This document shows, piece after piece, positions 27,683-34,243 of a stretch of DNA of 34,617 nt. Each line of letters opens with the position of its first letter. Within the stretch, counting starts at the first letter, position 1. Origin of the DNA: a virus (Duplodnaviria > Caudoviricetes); the IMG/VR virus record IMGVR_UViG_3300047278_000021, positions 1-34,617 of that record; one strand, written 5' to 3'. The position numbers and the translations under genes were made by a program. Below the pieces are notes generated by a model. That model made no database searches. It had not been told where the DNA came from and saw only the letters and a list, made by a program, of their open reading frames with translations.

Positions 27683-27937
27683 ATGGATTGGCAAATAATC
27701 ATCAACATTGGTGCAGGTGGGCTACTGTCAATCGGTGGTTGGTTTGCTCGTCAGCTCTGGGATTCTGTCAAAGAACTCAAGAAAGAGATTGCCGATTTAA
27801 AGTTGCACGTTTCAGAAACTTACGCTAAAAAATCAGAAATTGAAACGCTTGAATCTCAAATGGAAAAACGTTTTGATCGTCTTGAACAGATGATTGCTCG
27901 TCTGTACGACAAGATAGACTCTAAGGCTGACAAGTGA
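27683..27937 (+). CDS. single-TM coiled-coil membrane protein (holin/XhlA-like)
   Basis: N-terminal hydrophobic helix then coiled coil; first gene of the lysis cassette. Confidence 0.6.
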   Translation: MDWQIIINIGAGGLLSIGGWFARQLWDSVKELKKEIADLKLHVSETYAKKSEIETLESQMEKRFDRLEQMIARLYDKIDSKADK

Positions 27938-28539
27938 CAGACCAAAAAGATACGCTAATGGGCGTACTTAACTATGTAAACAGCCCGTTTAAGCTGTTTG
28001 TAGTGGTACTGCTAGGCGTATTGGGTTATGTAGGCTATTTTGTGTACGACAACAAAAACTTTTTATTTAACGTATACGAAAAGTCTAACGCATTACCCAA
28101 AATTCAAGCAGCTAGGTTTGACCACGTTGTTGAGTTGCTGATGAAAGACTCAAACGTGCTTGTTGTGTCGATTATGGCTGTTGACCCAATCTTTAATAAA
28201 CGGGTCGTTCTCAGAGTAGAGAATCGTGACGGTAAACGAGCAAAACATCTTGAAAATGTAAATATTGGCTTGTTTACAACTAACAGCGCAAACAATTCTG
28301 ATGTTGTCGAACTCATGGCTGGCAACGTGCCGTGTGGGTTTTACTCAGTACCTCAATCTGAGGCTGGCATTTATTACCTTGAACAAGGCGCAACATTTGG
28401 TTGCAGAACAAGCGTGCCGCCAGACTACACGAGCTTTATTGGCCAGATTACAGTCATGTATAAAGACGCACCACTTGATTTAGACAGAGCAAAGGCAATC
28501 CTTGTCATTGCTGCACGAATGTTATCGGAGGTCAAATGA
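27934..28539 (+). CDS. T4 holin T-like protein (one TM plus periplasmic domain)
   Basis: TM at about aa 19-38; DTLMGVLN, ARFD, FIGQITVMY and AARMLSEVK parallel my recollection of T4 gp t. Confidence 0.55.
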   Translation: MTDQKDTLMGVLNYVNSPFKLFVVVLLGVLGYVGYFVYDNKNFLFNVYEKSNALPKIQAARFDHVVELLMKDSNVLVVSIMAVDPIFNKRVVLRVENRDGKRAKHLENVNIGLFTTNSANNSDVVELMAGNVPCGFYSVPQSEAGIYYLEQGATFGCRTSVPPDYTSFIGQITVMYKDAPLDLDRAKAILVIAARMLSEVK

Positions 28540-28604
28540 TCTGGATTAAACAGAAGTGGGCGCAGTTTGTAGCTTGGATTAAAGACTTAGGAGGGCTGAA
28601 ATAA
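28536..28604 (+). CDS. 22-aa amphipathic peptide (not in ORF track)
   Basis: MIWIKQKWAQFVAWIKDLGGLK; GGAGG RBS; ATGA overlap upstream and TAATG overlap downstream. Confidence 0.6.
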   Translation: MIWIKQKWAQFVAWIKDLGGLK

Positions 28605-29017
28605 TGTTTCCAATAATGGATATTTTAGGCATTGGCATGAAGGTCTTGGATAAGTTCTTTCCAGACCCAGAACAGAAAGCCAAAGCCCAATTAGAGTTAA
28701 TGCAGATGCAGCAGAATGGCGAATTAGCCAAGATGCAGGCAGATATGCAAGAGCAAGGAGAACTTACCAAGCGTCAAGAAAACGATATGCGGTCTGACTC
28801 TTGGCTTAGTAAAAACATTCGTCCTATGACCCTTATAGCTATTCTTAGCGGGTACTTTACGTTTGCAATGATGAGTGCCTTTGATATTGAAACTAACAAG
28901 GCATACGTTGAATTGCTTGGGCAATGGGGTATGTTAATAATGAGTTTTTATTTTGGCGGCAGAACGTTAGAAAAGATTATTGACATGAAATCCAAAGGAA
29001 AAGACGATGCTAAGTAA
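28604..29017 (+). CDS. holin (GTA 3TM holin-like)
   Basis: K.LDKFFPDP..KAKAQLEL...SDSWLSKNIRP...SFYFGGRT.EK. Confidence 0.8.
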   Translation: MFPIMDILGIGMKVLDKFFPDPEQKAKAQLELMQMQQNGELAKMQADMQEQGELTKRQENDMRSDSWLSKNIRPMTLIAILSGYFTFAMMSAFDIETNKAYVELLGQWGMLIMSFYFGGRTLEKIIDMKSKGKDDAK

Positions 29018-29543
29018 CTGGAAACTAGCTTTTGAGCAAATGCTCAAGTCGGAAGGTGGTTTTACTGACGATGAAAGAGATAAGGGTAACAAGCTACCAG
29101 ACGGGCGCAAAGGCAGCACCATGCTGGGTGTAACTCAATACAATTGGGAAGCGCACGTTGGGCATCAAGTAACGCACGATGATATGCGTAAGCTTACGGC
29201 TGCTGATGTTGAACCGCTATACAAACAGAAGTATTGGGATATTGTTCGTGCTGACGAACTACCTAGCGGAATTGATTATTTGGTTTTTGATATGGGGGTG
29301 AACGCAGGACCAAATTGTTCCGTAATCCTGTTGCAAAAGGCGGTAGGCGTAACGCCTGATGGTGGCTTTGGGCCAATGACTATGGCTGCTGTACAAGCCA
29401 TTGACCCTGTTACATTGATTGAAAGATTTAGCGCAGAAAAAGTAGTTTTTTACCGTAGTCTTGATTCTTTTGCTGTCTACGGTACTGGCTGGCTAAACCG
29501 TGTGGCTGACGTTAAAGTAAAAGCTGCTGCAATGCTAGGCTAG
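29007..29543 (+). CDS. endolysin, GH108 family with peptidoglycan-binding domain
   Basis: SEGGF..D..D.G...TMLGVT; FDMGVNAG; LQ..VGV..DG.FGP.T; GWLNRV. Confidence 0.92.
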   Translation: MLSNWKLAFEQMLKSEGGFTDDERDKGNKLPDGRKGSTMLGVTQYNWEAHVGHQVTHDDMRKLTAADVEPLYKQKYWDIVRADELPSGIDYLVFDMGVNAGPNCSVILLQKAVGVTPDGGFGPMTMAAVQAIDPVTLIERFSAEKVVFYRSLDSFAVYGTGWLNRVADVKVKAAAMLG

Positions 29544-29726
29544 GTAGTACCTTGCAAACCGTGTTTTGTTTCCCTGAATCATCACGGTTTCAATCTTCAA
29601 ACCTTGCTCTTTAAGCTTGTACACAATATCAGCTAGTCGGGTAGCACGATACAGATTGATTGCTTCCCAACTAGTGATGTGTTTGTGTTTTTTTAAGTGC
29701 AAATAAACAGAATCAATTTTAGTCAT
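29535..29726 (-). CDS. small winged-HTH protein
   Basis: HLKK...ITSWEAI..Y.ATRLADIVYKLK..G..IET...ARY. Confidence 0.75.
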   Translation of the reverse strand: MTKIDSVYLHLKKHKHITSWEAINLYRATRLADIVYKLKEQGLKIETVMIQGNKTRFARYYLA

Positions 29727-29940
29727 GCTTCACCTCATCAAGTGCGTAGAGTAAAGTTTCTTCAGGCAATACAACGCCATCAAACAACGCAGCACCTCTG
29801 TAAATGTGTTTTGATGCCATGCCAACAGGCTTCAACTCCCGCAACTCACGGGCGGCGGCTCTGGCTTTCAAAATCACATCCATATCTTCTACCGCATAAG
29901 CGCACTCAAGCGCATCAATAATTAAATCAATCTTGTTCAT
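29719..29940 (-). CDS. modular accessory protein (KIDLII family), copy 2
   Basis: Likely start MNKIDLIIDAL at 29940; first 26 nt identical to the copy at 443. Confidence 0.7.
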   Translation of the reverse strand: MNKIDLIIDALECAYAVEDMDVILKARAAARELRELKPVGMASKHIYRGAALFDGVVLPEETLLYALDEVKHD

Positions 29941-30193
29941 GGTTACCCCTTGCTCTGATTGCTGTGGCACATTCTTTTTGGCGCTTATACCATTCAGGAC
30001 CGCCACCCCAAACATTTAAAGCAGGGTGTACTCCCATTGACTCACACAACTTTGCACAAGCCTCACGCTCATTTTGGCGCACAAGTTCTGCAAAGCGTTC
30101 AATATGTTCATTGTCAGCAATCCAGCCTTCACACATTTCTGCGTCAAATTCAAACCCTGCTTGTTCAACAAGTTTTTTTAATCGTTTGTTCAT
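29927..30193 (-). CDS. hypothetical protein (ERFAELV...EREACAKLC family)
   Basis: Start MNKRLKKL at 30193 with GAGGA RBS; common phage motif. Confidence 0.7.
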   Translation of the reverse strand: MNKRLKKLVEQAGFEFDAEMCEGWIADNEHIERFAELVRQNEREACAKLCESMGVHPALNVWGGGPEWYKRQKECATAIRARGNHEQD

Positions 30194-30345
30194 TGAATCC
30201 TCACGCATTTGTAAGTGCCAAGTTGCGCCCCTGCTGCGCTGCACAGTTCTGCTGTCGCAAACGTACCCATTGGTCGCCAATCTTTGAAATTGTCATATGG
30301 AGGTTTAGTTGCCACGATTGAAAAATACAAAAGTAAATAAGTCAT
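30190..30345 (-). CDS. small hypothetical protein with Cys pair
   Basis: MTYLLLYF...GTFATAELCSAAG...YKCVRIQ; coupled in the operon. Confidence 0.55.
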   Translation of the reverse strand: MTYLLLYFSIVATKPPYDNFKDWRPMGTFATAELCSAAGAQLGTYKCVRIQ

Positions 30346-30539
30346 AGCATCACCAACGATAAAAGTGGAAAAAAACCAAAAACAAGCGCCAACATTAACA
30401 AACCAACAACCCAAGCCACCAACGGTATGCGCTCGTCAGCTGCCGAATAACTTGTCTGGTTCCGCATTGTGCGAATGGTGCGCCCTGTCCAGTTAGGATC
30501 ACCAAGGTCTGTCAGAAAAGGCCAGTTATGTTTATTCAT
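30342..30539 (-). CDS. small membrane protein
   Basis: MNKHNWPF... with a C-terminal hydrophobic helix. Confidence 0.55.
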   Translation of the reverse strand: MNKHNWPFLTDLGDPNWTGRTIRTMRNQTSYSAADERIPLVAWVVGLLMLALVFGFFPLLSLVML

Positions 30540-30792
30540 TTCCGTCTTCCTCGTTAGCTGTGATTTTTTCAATATGGTTAATGTCAATGAAATGCGTGTA
30601 CATTGGGCAAGCACAAATCAACACATCGTCCCGATCAATTTTGATAAACGGCTCGCCGTTAGAATCTAGTTTTACACCGTCTGCAAACTGATCCATAAGT
30701 TCAGCAATTTTCTTGTCGGATAGTTCGTGCGACAAATCACGCATAAGCTGGCGTTTGCCTTCGTCTGTAAGTTCATGGTATGAATATTTCAT
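30532..30792 (-). CDS. hypothetical protein
   Basis: 86 aa with AAGGTG RBS. Confidence 0.6.
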   Translation of the reverse strand: MKYSYHELTDEGKRQLMRDLSHELSDKKIAELMDQFADGVKLDSNGEPFIKIDRDDVLICACPMYTHFIDINHIEKITANEEDGNE

Positions 30793-30795
30793 GAC

Positions 30796-30945
30796 TTACA
30801 CCTTAAATCCGTTAGAGTTAAGAATTTGTTTTTCTTCTGGACTAGCCAAGCACACAGCCATTTGGTGTTTGTACAAGTAAGCCTGCAATCTTGCTCGTGT
30901 CTTGTCGTTGGGGTTTGCTACAAACGCTTGAATTAATTTACTCAT
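30796..30945 (-). CDS. hypothetical protein, 49 aa (not in ORF track)
   Basis: MSKLIQAFVANPNDKTRARLQAYLYKHQMAVCLASPEEKQILNSNGFKV; ACAGGTG RBS; first gene after the promoter. Confidence 0.65.
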   Translation of the reverse strand: MSKLIQAFVANPNDKTRARLQAYLYKHQMAVCLASPEEKQILNSNGFKV

Positions 30946-30989
30946 TTTATGCACCTGTATTTGTTAAATGGCGTTAGTGCCATAACTAG

Positions 30990-31018
30990 ATATTAAGCTA
31001 TCTAAACAATCAATGCAA
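30990..31018 (-). promoter_or_regulatory. sigma70 promoter with embedded operator
   Basis: TTGCAT-N17-TAATAT on the minus strand; TTAAG-ctat-CTAAA at 30993-31006. Confidence 0.7.
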
Positions 31019-31066
31019 ATGTTTTTTATTAGTGTTTTCACTAATGTTGTATTTTTGCTATGGGGT

Positions 31067-31121
31067 GTGCGAACAATCTAAAGCGAACTAGGAGGAGGGA
31101 CACGCAAAAGAAAGCTCGCAC
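31067..31121 (-). ncRNA. hairpin exposing anti-Shine-Dalgarno CCCUCCUCC
   Basis: Minus strand GTGCGAGC...GTTCGCAC stem; apical loop contains CCCTCCTCCT. Confidence 0.4.
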
Positions 31122-31128
31122 TCAAGAA

Positions 31129-31866
31129 TTATATGCGGTTCTTCTTTTTGTAGAAAGCTAGAAGATACTGAAAACAGTGCCACGCTTCAGTTAAATCGTC
31201 TTCAGAGTGCTCAATCAGTCGAACATCGCCACTTTCTGTAAAGTAGATGTTTGCACATCGAGCTGTAGGCAAACCTAAACCCTCTCGATAAGCTGCGAGC
31301 TGCATGATTTGTTCGTGAAAAGGAGTCACTTTGCTTAAATCGCCCTCTTTACTCTTGAAATCAACGACAATATTTGATGAAATTAGATCAACTTTGCCAC
31401 CAAAGCCGTTTGAAGCAAAAGAACGTTCTGCTTCCCAGATGTGATTAGCGCCAAAATGCGACTCTAACGCAGTGTTTACATTGCTGACAAAATCGGGAAA
31501 TATGTAGTTTTTGCCCCGATAGAATTCTTCTAAAACACCATGCAAACGAGTGCCTCTGTCTGCTGCTTCACGACTTGTGCTTTTAGCGTCAGACATGACA
31601 CGCTGCAACCAGTTTTCTTCTGTCTCGTTCTCAGCTCTTGGTAACGTCAGCGCAGCTAATAGAACCTGCTGCTGCAACCAGTTATTAAGCCCCGGTTTAG
31701 CAAGCAGACCTGTAATCGTTGTGACTGACGGTACTAAGCCACGCTCACGAGCGTCTGTTAATCGAGTATTACGCTCGACGCCATTCTTACCAATAATTCG
31801 ATATGCAGGCGAGCCGTCTGCTGCGTACCAGTGCCCACTTTCTGAGTCTGCTGTTTTAATTATCAT
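31129..31866 (-). CDS. PD-(D/E)XK exonuclease
   Basis: PSVTTI, AADRGTRLH, E....GFGGKVDL...VVDFKS, QLAAY; in the ERF/SSB operon. Confidence 0.85.
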   Translation of the reverse strand: MIIKTADSESGHWYAADGSPAYRIIGKNGVERNTRLTDARERGLVPSVTTITGLLAKPGLNNWLQQQVLLAALTLPRAENETEENWLQRVMSDAKSTSREAADRGTRLHGVLEEFYRGKNYIFPDFVSNVNTALESHFGANHIWEAERSFASNGFGGKVDLISSNIVVDFKSKEGDLSKVTPFHEQIMQLAAYREGLGLPTARCANIYFTESGDVRLIEHSEDDLTEAWHCFQYLLAFYKKKNRI

Positions 31867-32081
31867 TGTTCTCTCGCTTTCATAAATTCATCTGCAATTT
31901 CAAAAGCTCGTGTATTTGCTGCTTTTGCCCATGTTTGATCGTCAATTGGTAGCTGCCAATCACCAGCGCACATACCTTGCAAAACATTTGCAGCAACATA
32001 ATCCCGCAGGCTCATGCCATGAGCCATCCCGTCATCAGCAATCCACGTAGGAAATGCTGGTATTAACTTGTTAAAATTCAT
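31863..32081 (-). CDS. conserved phage protein (PAFP...GMSLRDY.AA family)
   Basis: Characteristic motif; ends AFEIADEFMKARE. Confidence 0.75.
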   Translation of the reverse strand: MNFNKLIPAFPTWIADDGMAHGMSLRDYVAANVLQGMCAGDWQLPIDDQTWAKAANTRAFEIADEFMKAREQ

Positions 32082-32221
32082 TTTTGCACCTGTTTTGCTA
32101 ATTTTTTGAGCATTTCAATAGCGTCTTCAACATCTTGCATAGCTCGCTGATCGAGAACCATGCCATCAAACCATTGTTGAAGACGCCAAGAAATCAATAT
32201 TGCTTCTTCGCTTTGAGTCAA
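32078..32221 (-). CDS. hypothetical protein, 47 aa, TTG start (not in ORF track)
   Basis: (M)TQSEEAILISWRLQQWFDGMVLDQRAMQDVEDAIEMLKKLAKQVQK; AAGGGG RBS; ATGA coupling. Confidence 0.55.
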   Translation of the reverse strand: MTQSEEAILISWRLQQWFDGMVLDQRAMQDVEDAIEMLKKLAKQVQK

Positions 32222-32231
32222 GACTTACCCC

Positions 32232-32654
32232 TTAAAACGGAACATCGTCTTCAAGATCCATCACGTTGCCCTCTTTAATCGCTCGATATGCGTCTTGCTT
32301 AGGTGCTTTTTGAGGTGTTGCAGGTTCTTCAGCAGATTTACCGCCAAGCATCTGCATTTGATCTGCAATCACTTCTGTTGTGTATTGATCTACGCCGTCT
32401 TTGTTGACCCATTTGCGAGTAGTCATACGACCAGCGATGTAGACTTGCGAGCCTTTGCGTAAATAATCGCCGCAAATGCCAGCAAGTTTCTTAAACGTGA
32501 CAATACGAACCCACTCGGTAGATTCTTTTTCGTTAAATTTAGAGCCTACAGCTATTGAGAAGTTGCAGACAGCATCGCCAGCAGGCGAATAGCGCACTTC
32601 TGGATCTTTGCCAAGACGCCCAATAAACTCGCAGCGATTTAAGTCGTTAGCCAT
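32232..32654 (-). CDS. ssb: single-stranded DNA-binding protein
   Basis: LNRCEFIGRLGKDPEVRY...YLRKGSQVYIAGRM.TRKW; acidic DDVPF tail. Confidence 0.96.
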   Translation of the reverse strand: MANDLNRCEFIGRLGKDPEVRYSPAGDAVCNFSIAVGSKFNEKESTEWVRIVTFKKLAGICGDYLRKGSQVYIAGRMTTRKWVNKDGVDQYTTEVIADQMQMLGGKSAEEPATPQKAPKQDAYRAIKEGNVMDLEDDVPF

Positions 32655-33223
32655 TAGTTTGCACCTTTTGCAGTAAGTTGAACTTTGATACCGTCATACA
32701 TCATTTTCAGCACTTCTTTCTGCGTGTCAGGTGCAGACTTGTACCACTTTGCAAAGCACGCTTTTAAAGCGTCTAAATCAGTCATTGCAGACATTTCATC
32801 GACTGCATAGTCTATATCTATCGTCACAATTGTTTGCTGCTTAGGCGGCGTTTTAACAGCTGCTTGACCGTCATCGTCTTCTGAGGCGATTCCTAGCGCA
32901 GCTTGCAAACTGTAACGCTTTGCGTAGGTAATGGCAGATCCGAAACCTTGAGCGTCTTGCTTTGTTGCAGGAATGAACAACACGCCGCAAGACAGCTCTT
33001 GACCAGACTCATGAACAAGAACAGTCTCGACAGAGACGCCACCGTCAGCTGTGTGTAGCTTCTGCACAAAAGCGAGACCATTCGCTGAGAGCGCAGGTCT
33101 TACAGCGTCAATCACAGAAGCGAGCGAGCTGTATGCAGATTTAAAGTGGGGGTTTTTTGCGTCTTTTGCTGCGTGACTCATAGCAGCTTGAGCTTTTACT
33201 AATGACTTAGCTAATTCGTTCAT
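32654..33223 (-). CDS. erf: ERF family single-strand annealing protein
   Basis: KNPHFKSAYSSL; QGFGSAITYAKRYSLQAALGIASEDDDG. Confidence 0.93.
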   Translation of the reverse strand: MNELAKSLVKAQAAMSHAAKDAKNPHFKSAYSSLASVIDAVRPALSANGLAFVQKLHTADGGVSVETVLVHESGQELSCGVLFIPATKQDAQGFGSAITYAKRYSLQAALGIASEDDDGQAAVKTPPKQQTIVTIDIDYAVDEMSAMTDLDALKACFAKWYKSAPDTQKEVLKMMYDGIKVQLTAKGAN

Positions 33224-33268
33224 TTTATGTACCTGTATGGTTTTCCTGACGGGTATGTCAGTAGATAG

Positions 33269-33297
33269 ATATTAAGTCATCTAAACACACAAGTCAA
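33269..33297 (-). promoter_or_regulatory. leftward early promoter (PL-like) with embedded operator
   Basis: TTGACT-N17-TAATAT on the minus strand; TTAAG-tcat-CTAAA at 33272-33285. Confidence 0.75.
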
Positions 33298-33315
33298 ACA
33301 CATACAGAAACATTC

Positions 33316-33331
33316 TGTTAAGATAGCTGCA
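33316..33331 (+). promoter_or_regulatory. extended -10 promoter for a leaderless mRNA, overlapping a degenerate operator
   Basis: TG-t-TAAGAT at 33316-33324, 6 nt before ATG 33331; no SD. Confidence 0.55.
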
Positions 33332-33546
33332 TGAATACAACAGAAATCATTGCTTTTTTAGGCGGCACTTTTGCTGTCGCTAAGCTATGTAAAGTGAGTG
33401 CGCCAGCTGTGTCTCAGTGGCGCAACAACGGTATGCCTAGCGACAAGCTAATCATGCTTGCTGCTGAGCTTGAAAAAAAGTCTGAGGGTAAATTTAGTCG
33501 TAAAGAAATCGAAAACTGGCAACAGATTTGGCCAGAATTACGATAG
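33331..33546 (+). CDS. Cro/YdaS-like HTH regulator
   Basis: IIAFLGGTFAVAKLCKVSAPAVSQWRNNGMP...IWPEL. Confidence 0.85.
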   Translation: MNTTEIIAFLGGTFAVAKLCKVSAPAVSQWRNNGMPSDKLIMLAAELEKKSEGKFSRKEIENWQQIWPELR

Positions 33547-33641
33547 ACTGAAAACGCCTTTAGCAAGCATGAAACGAATACTGGTAAGGGTCTAGTTTCA
33601 AAAGGTTAGCTTCAGACCTTGGCAGCTCGGAAAGACGAGCA

Positions 33642-33670
33642 TTGACATACAGAAAAGTTAATAATAGAAT
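33642..33670 (+). promoter_or_regulatory. near-consensus sigma70 promoter
   Basis: TTGACA-N17-TAGAAT. Confidence 0.85.
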
Positions 33671-33675
33671 TAAAG

Positions 33676-33765
33676 CGTTGGTGTGGAAGCCGATGTAGAC
33701 CGTTTAAGTCTGTATCTTGCCTCGAAAGGGGCTTCCACCAAGATGCAGATTTAAGCGGTTTTTTT
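33676..33765 (+). terminator. attenuator-like leader RNA with terminator
   Basis: 21-bp stem 33699-33719/33739-33759 (3 G-U) plus T7 tract; inner CCTC-gaaa-GGGG; loop sequence GGCTTCCAC complementary to upstream GTGGAAGCC. Confidence 0.75.
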
Positions 33766-33779
33766 ATGCCTGATCGTAG

Positions 33780-34030
33780 ACCAAAGTTTGCTGCGAAGAA
33801 ATAAGGACTCAGAACCTGACAGGTGTAGTGAATTGTGAGTACGTTGTAATCTGGAGGCTCTAACGACATACCAGCGGATTACGATAGCAAGCATACTGGG
33901 GGAAAGTGAATGAAACACTGCACACATAGGCGGCGAAGTCAGCACCTATTTCACGAAAGGCTGACGGGTTCTGTGGCTCCGAAAAGCATAGATGAAGGCC
34001 TATTTAGGTAGGCTAGATTCGCTCACCAAA
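33780..34030 (+). ncRNA. candidate multi-stem, pseudoknotted ncRNA
   Basis: Nested helices 33810-17/33966-73, 33823-30/33916-23, 33846-53/33875-82, 33926-30/33945-49; pseudoknot 33938-43/33960-65; hairpin 33998-34013; no + strand ORF in the track. Confidence 0.55.
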
Positions 34031-34039
34031 AAGCATCAA

Positions 34040-34200
34040 TACTAGAACAGATATATAACTGTTTGATAATTAAAGATAAAAGTGATTTAAATAAAAATGA
34101 CAATTTTATAGTTGAGCAAAAGTTATGCACAGGCAAGATAAAAATGGTTCAAAAATTACATCTGTTGTAAAACTGCAAAACATCTAGTTTGCTATTTTTT
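34040..34200. other. candidate replication origin: AT-rich tract with DnaA box
   Basis: AT-rich intergenic DNA; TTATGCACA at 34123-34131 fits TTWTNCACA. Confidence 0.45.
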
Positions 34201-34225
34201 TATTCATCATGTTAAGATAGCTAAA
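34189..34225 (+). promoter_or_regulatory. rightward promoter with overlapping operator
   Basis: TTGCTA-N18-TAAGAT with extended TG; TTAAG-atag-CTAAA at 34212-34225. Confidence 0.6.
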
Positions 34226-34243
34226 CAATTAAAGAGGCTCAAA

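Noticed and set aside
31028-31045. ATTAGTG-tttt-CACTAAT palindrome as a terminator
   Set aside because: AT-rich weak stem with no U tract in the transcribed (-) direction; it may be a protein-binding site but nothing else supports that.
33612-33945. Minus-strand ORFs 33612-33869 and 33751-33945
   Set aside because: No convincing RBS or motifs; antisense to a strong promoter and a structured RNA.
33960-33990. Hammerhead ribozyme (CTGACGG...CGAAA)
   Set aside because: Core differs from CUGANGA and I could not build stems I and III around a cleavage triplet.
33780-34060. tRNA, tmRNA or group I/II intron
   Set aside because: No cloverleaf or T-loop, no recognisable P7 or domain V, and no interrupted gene.
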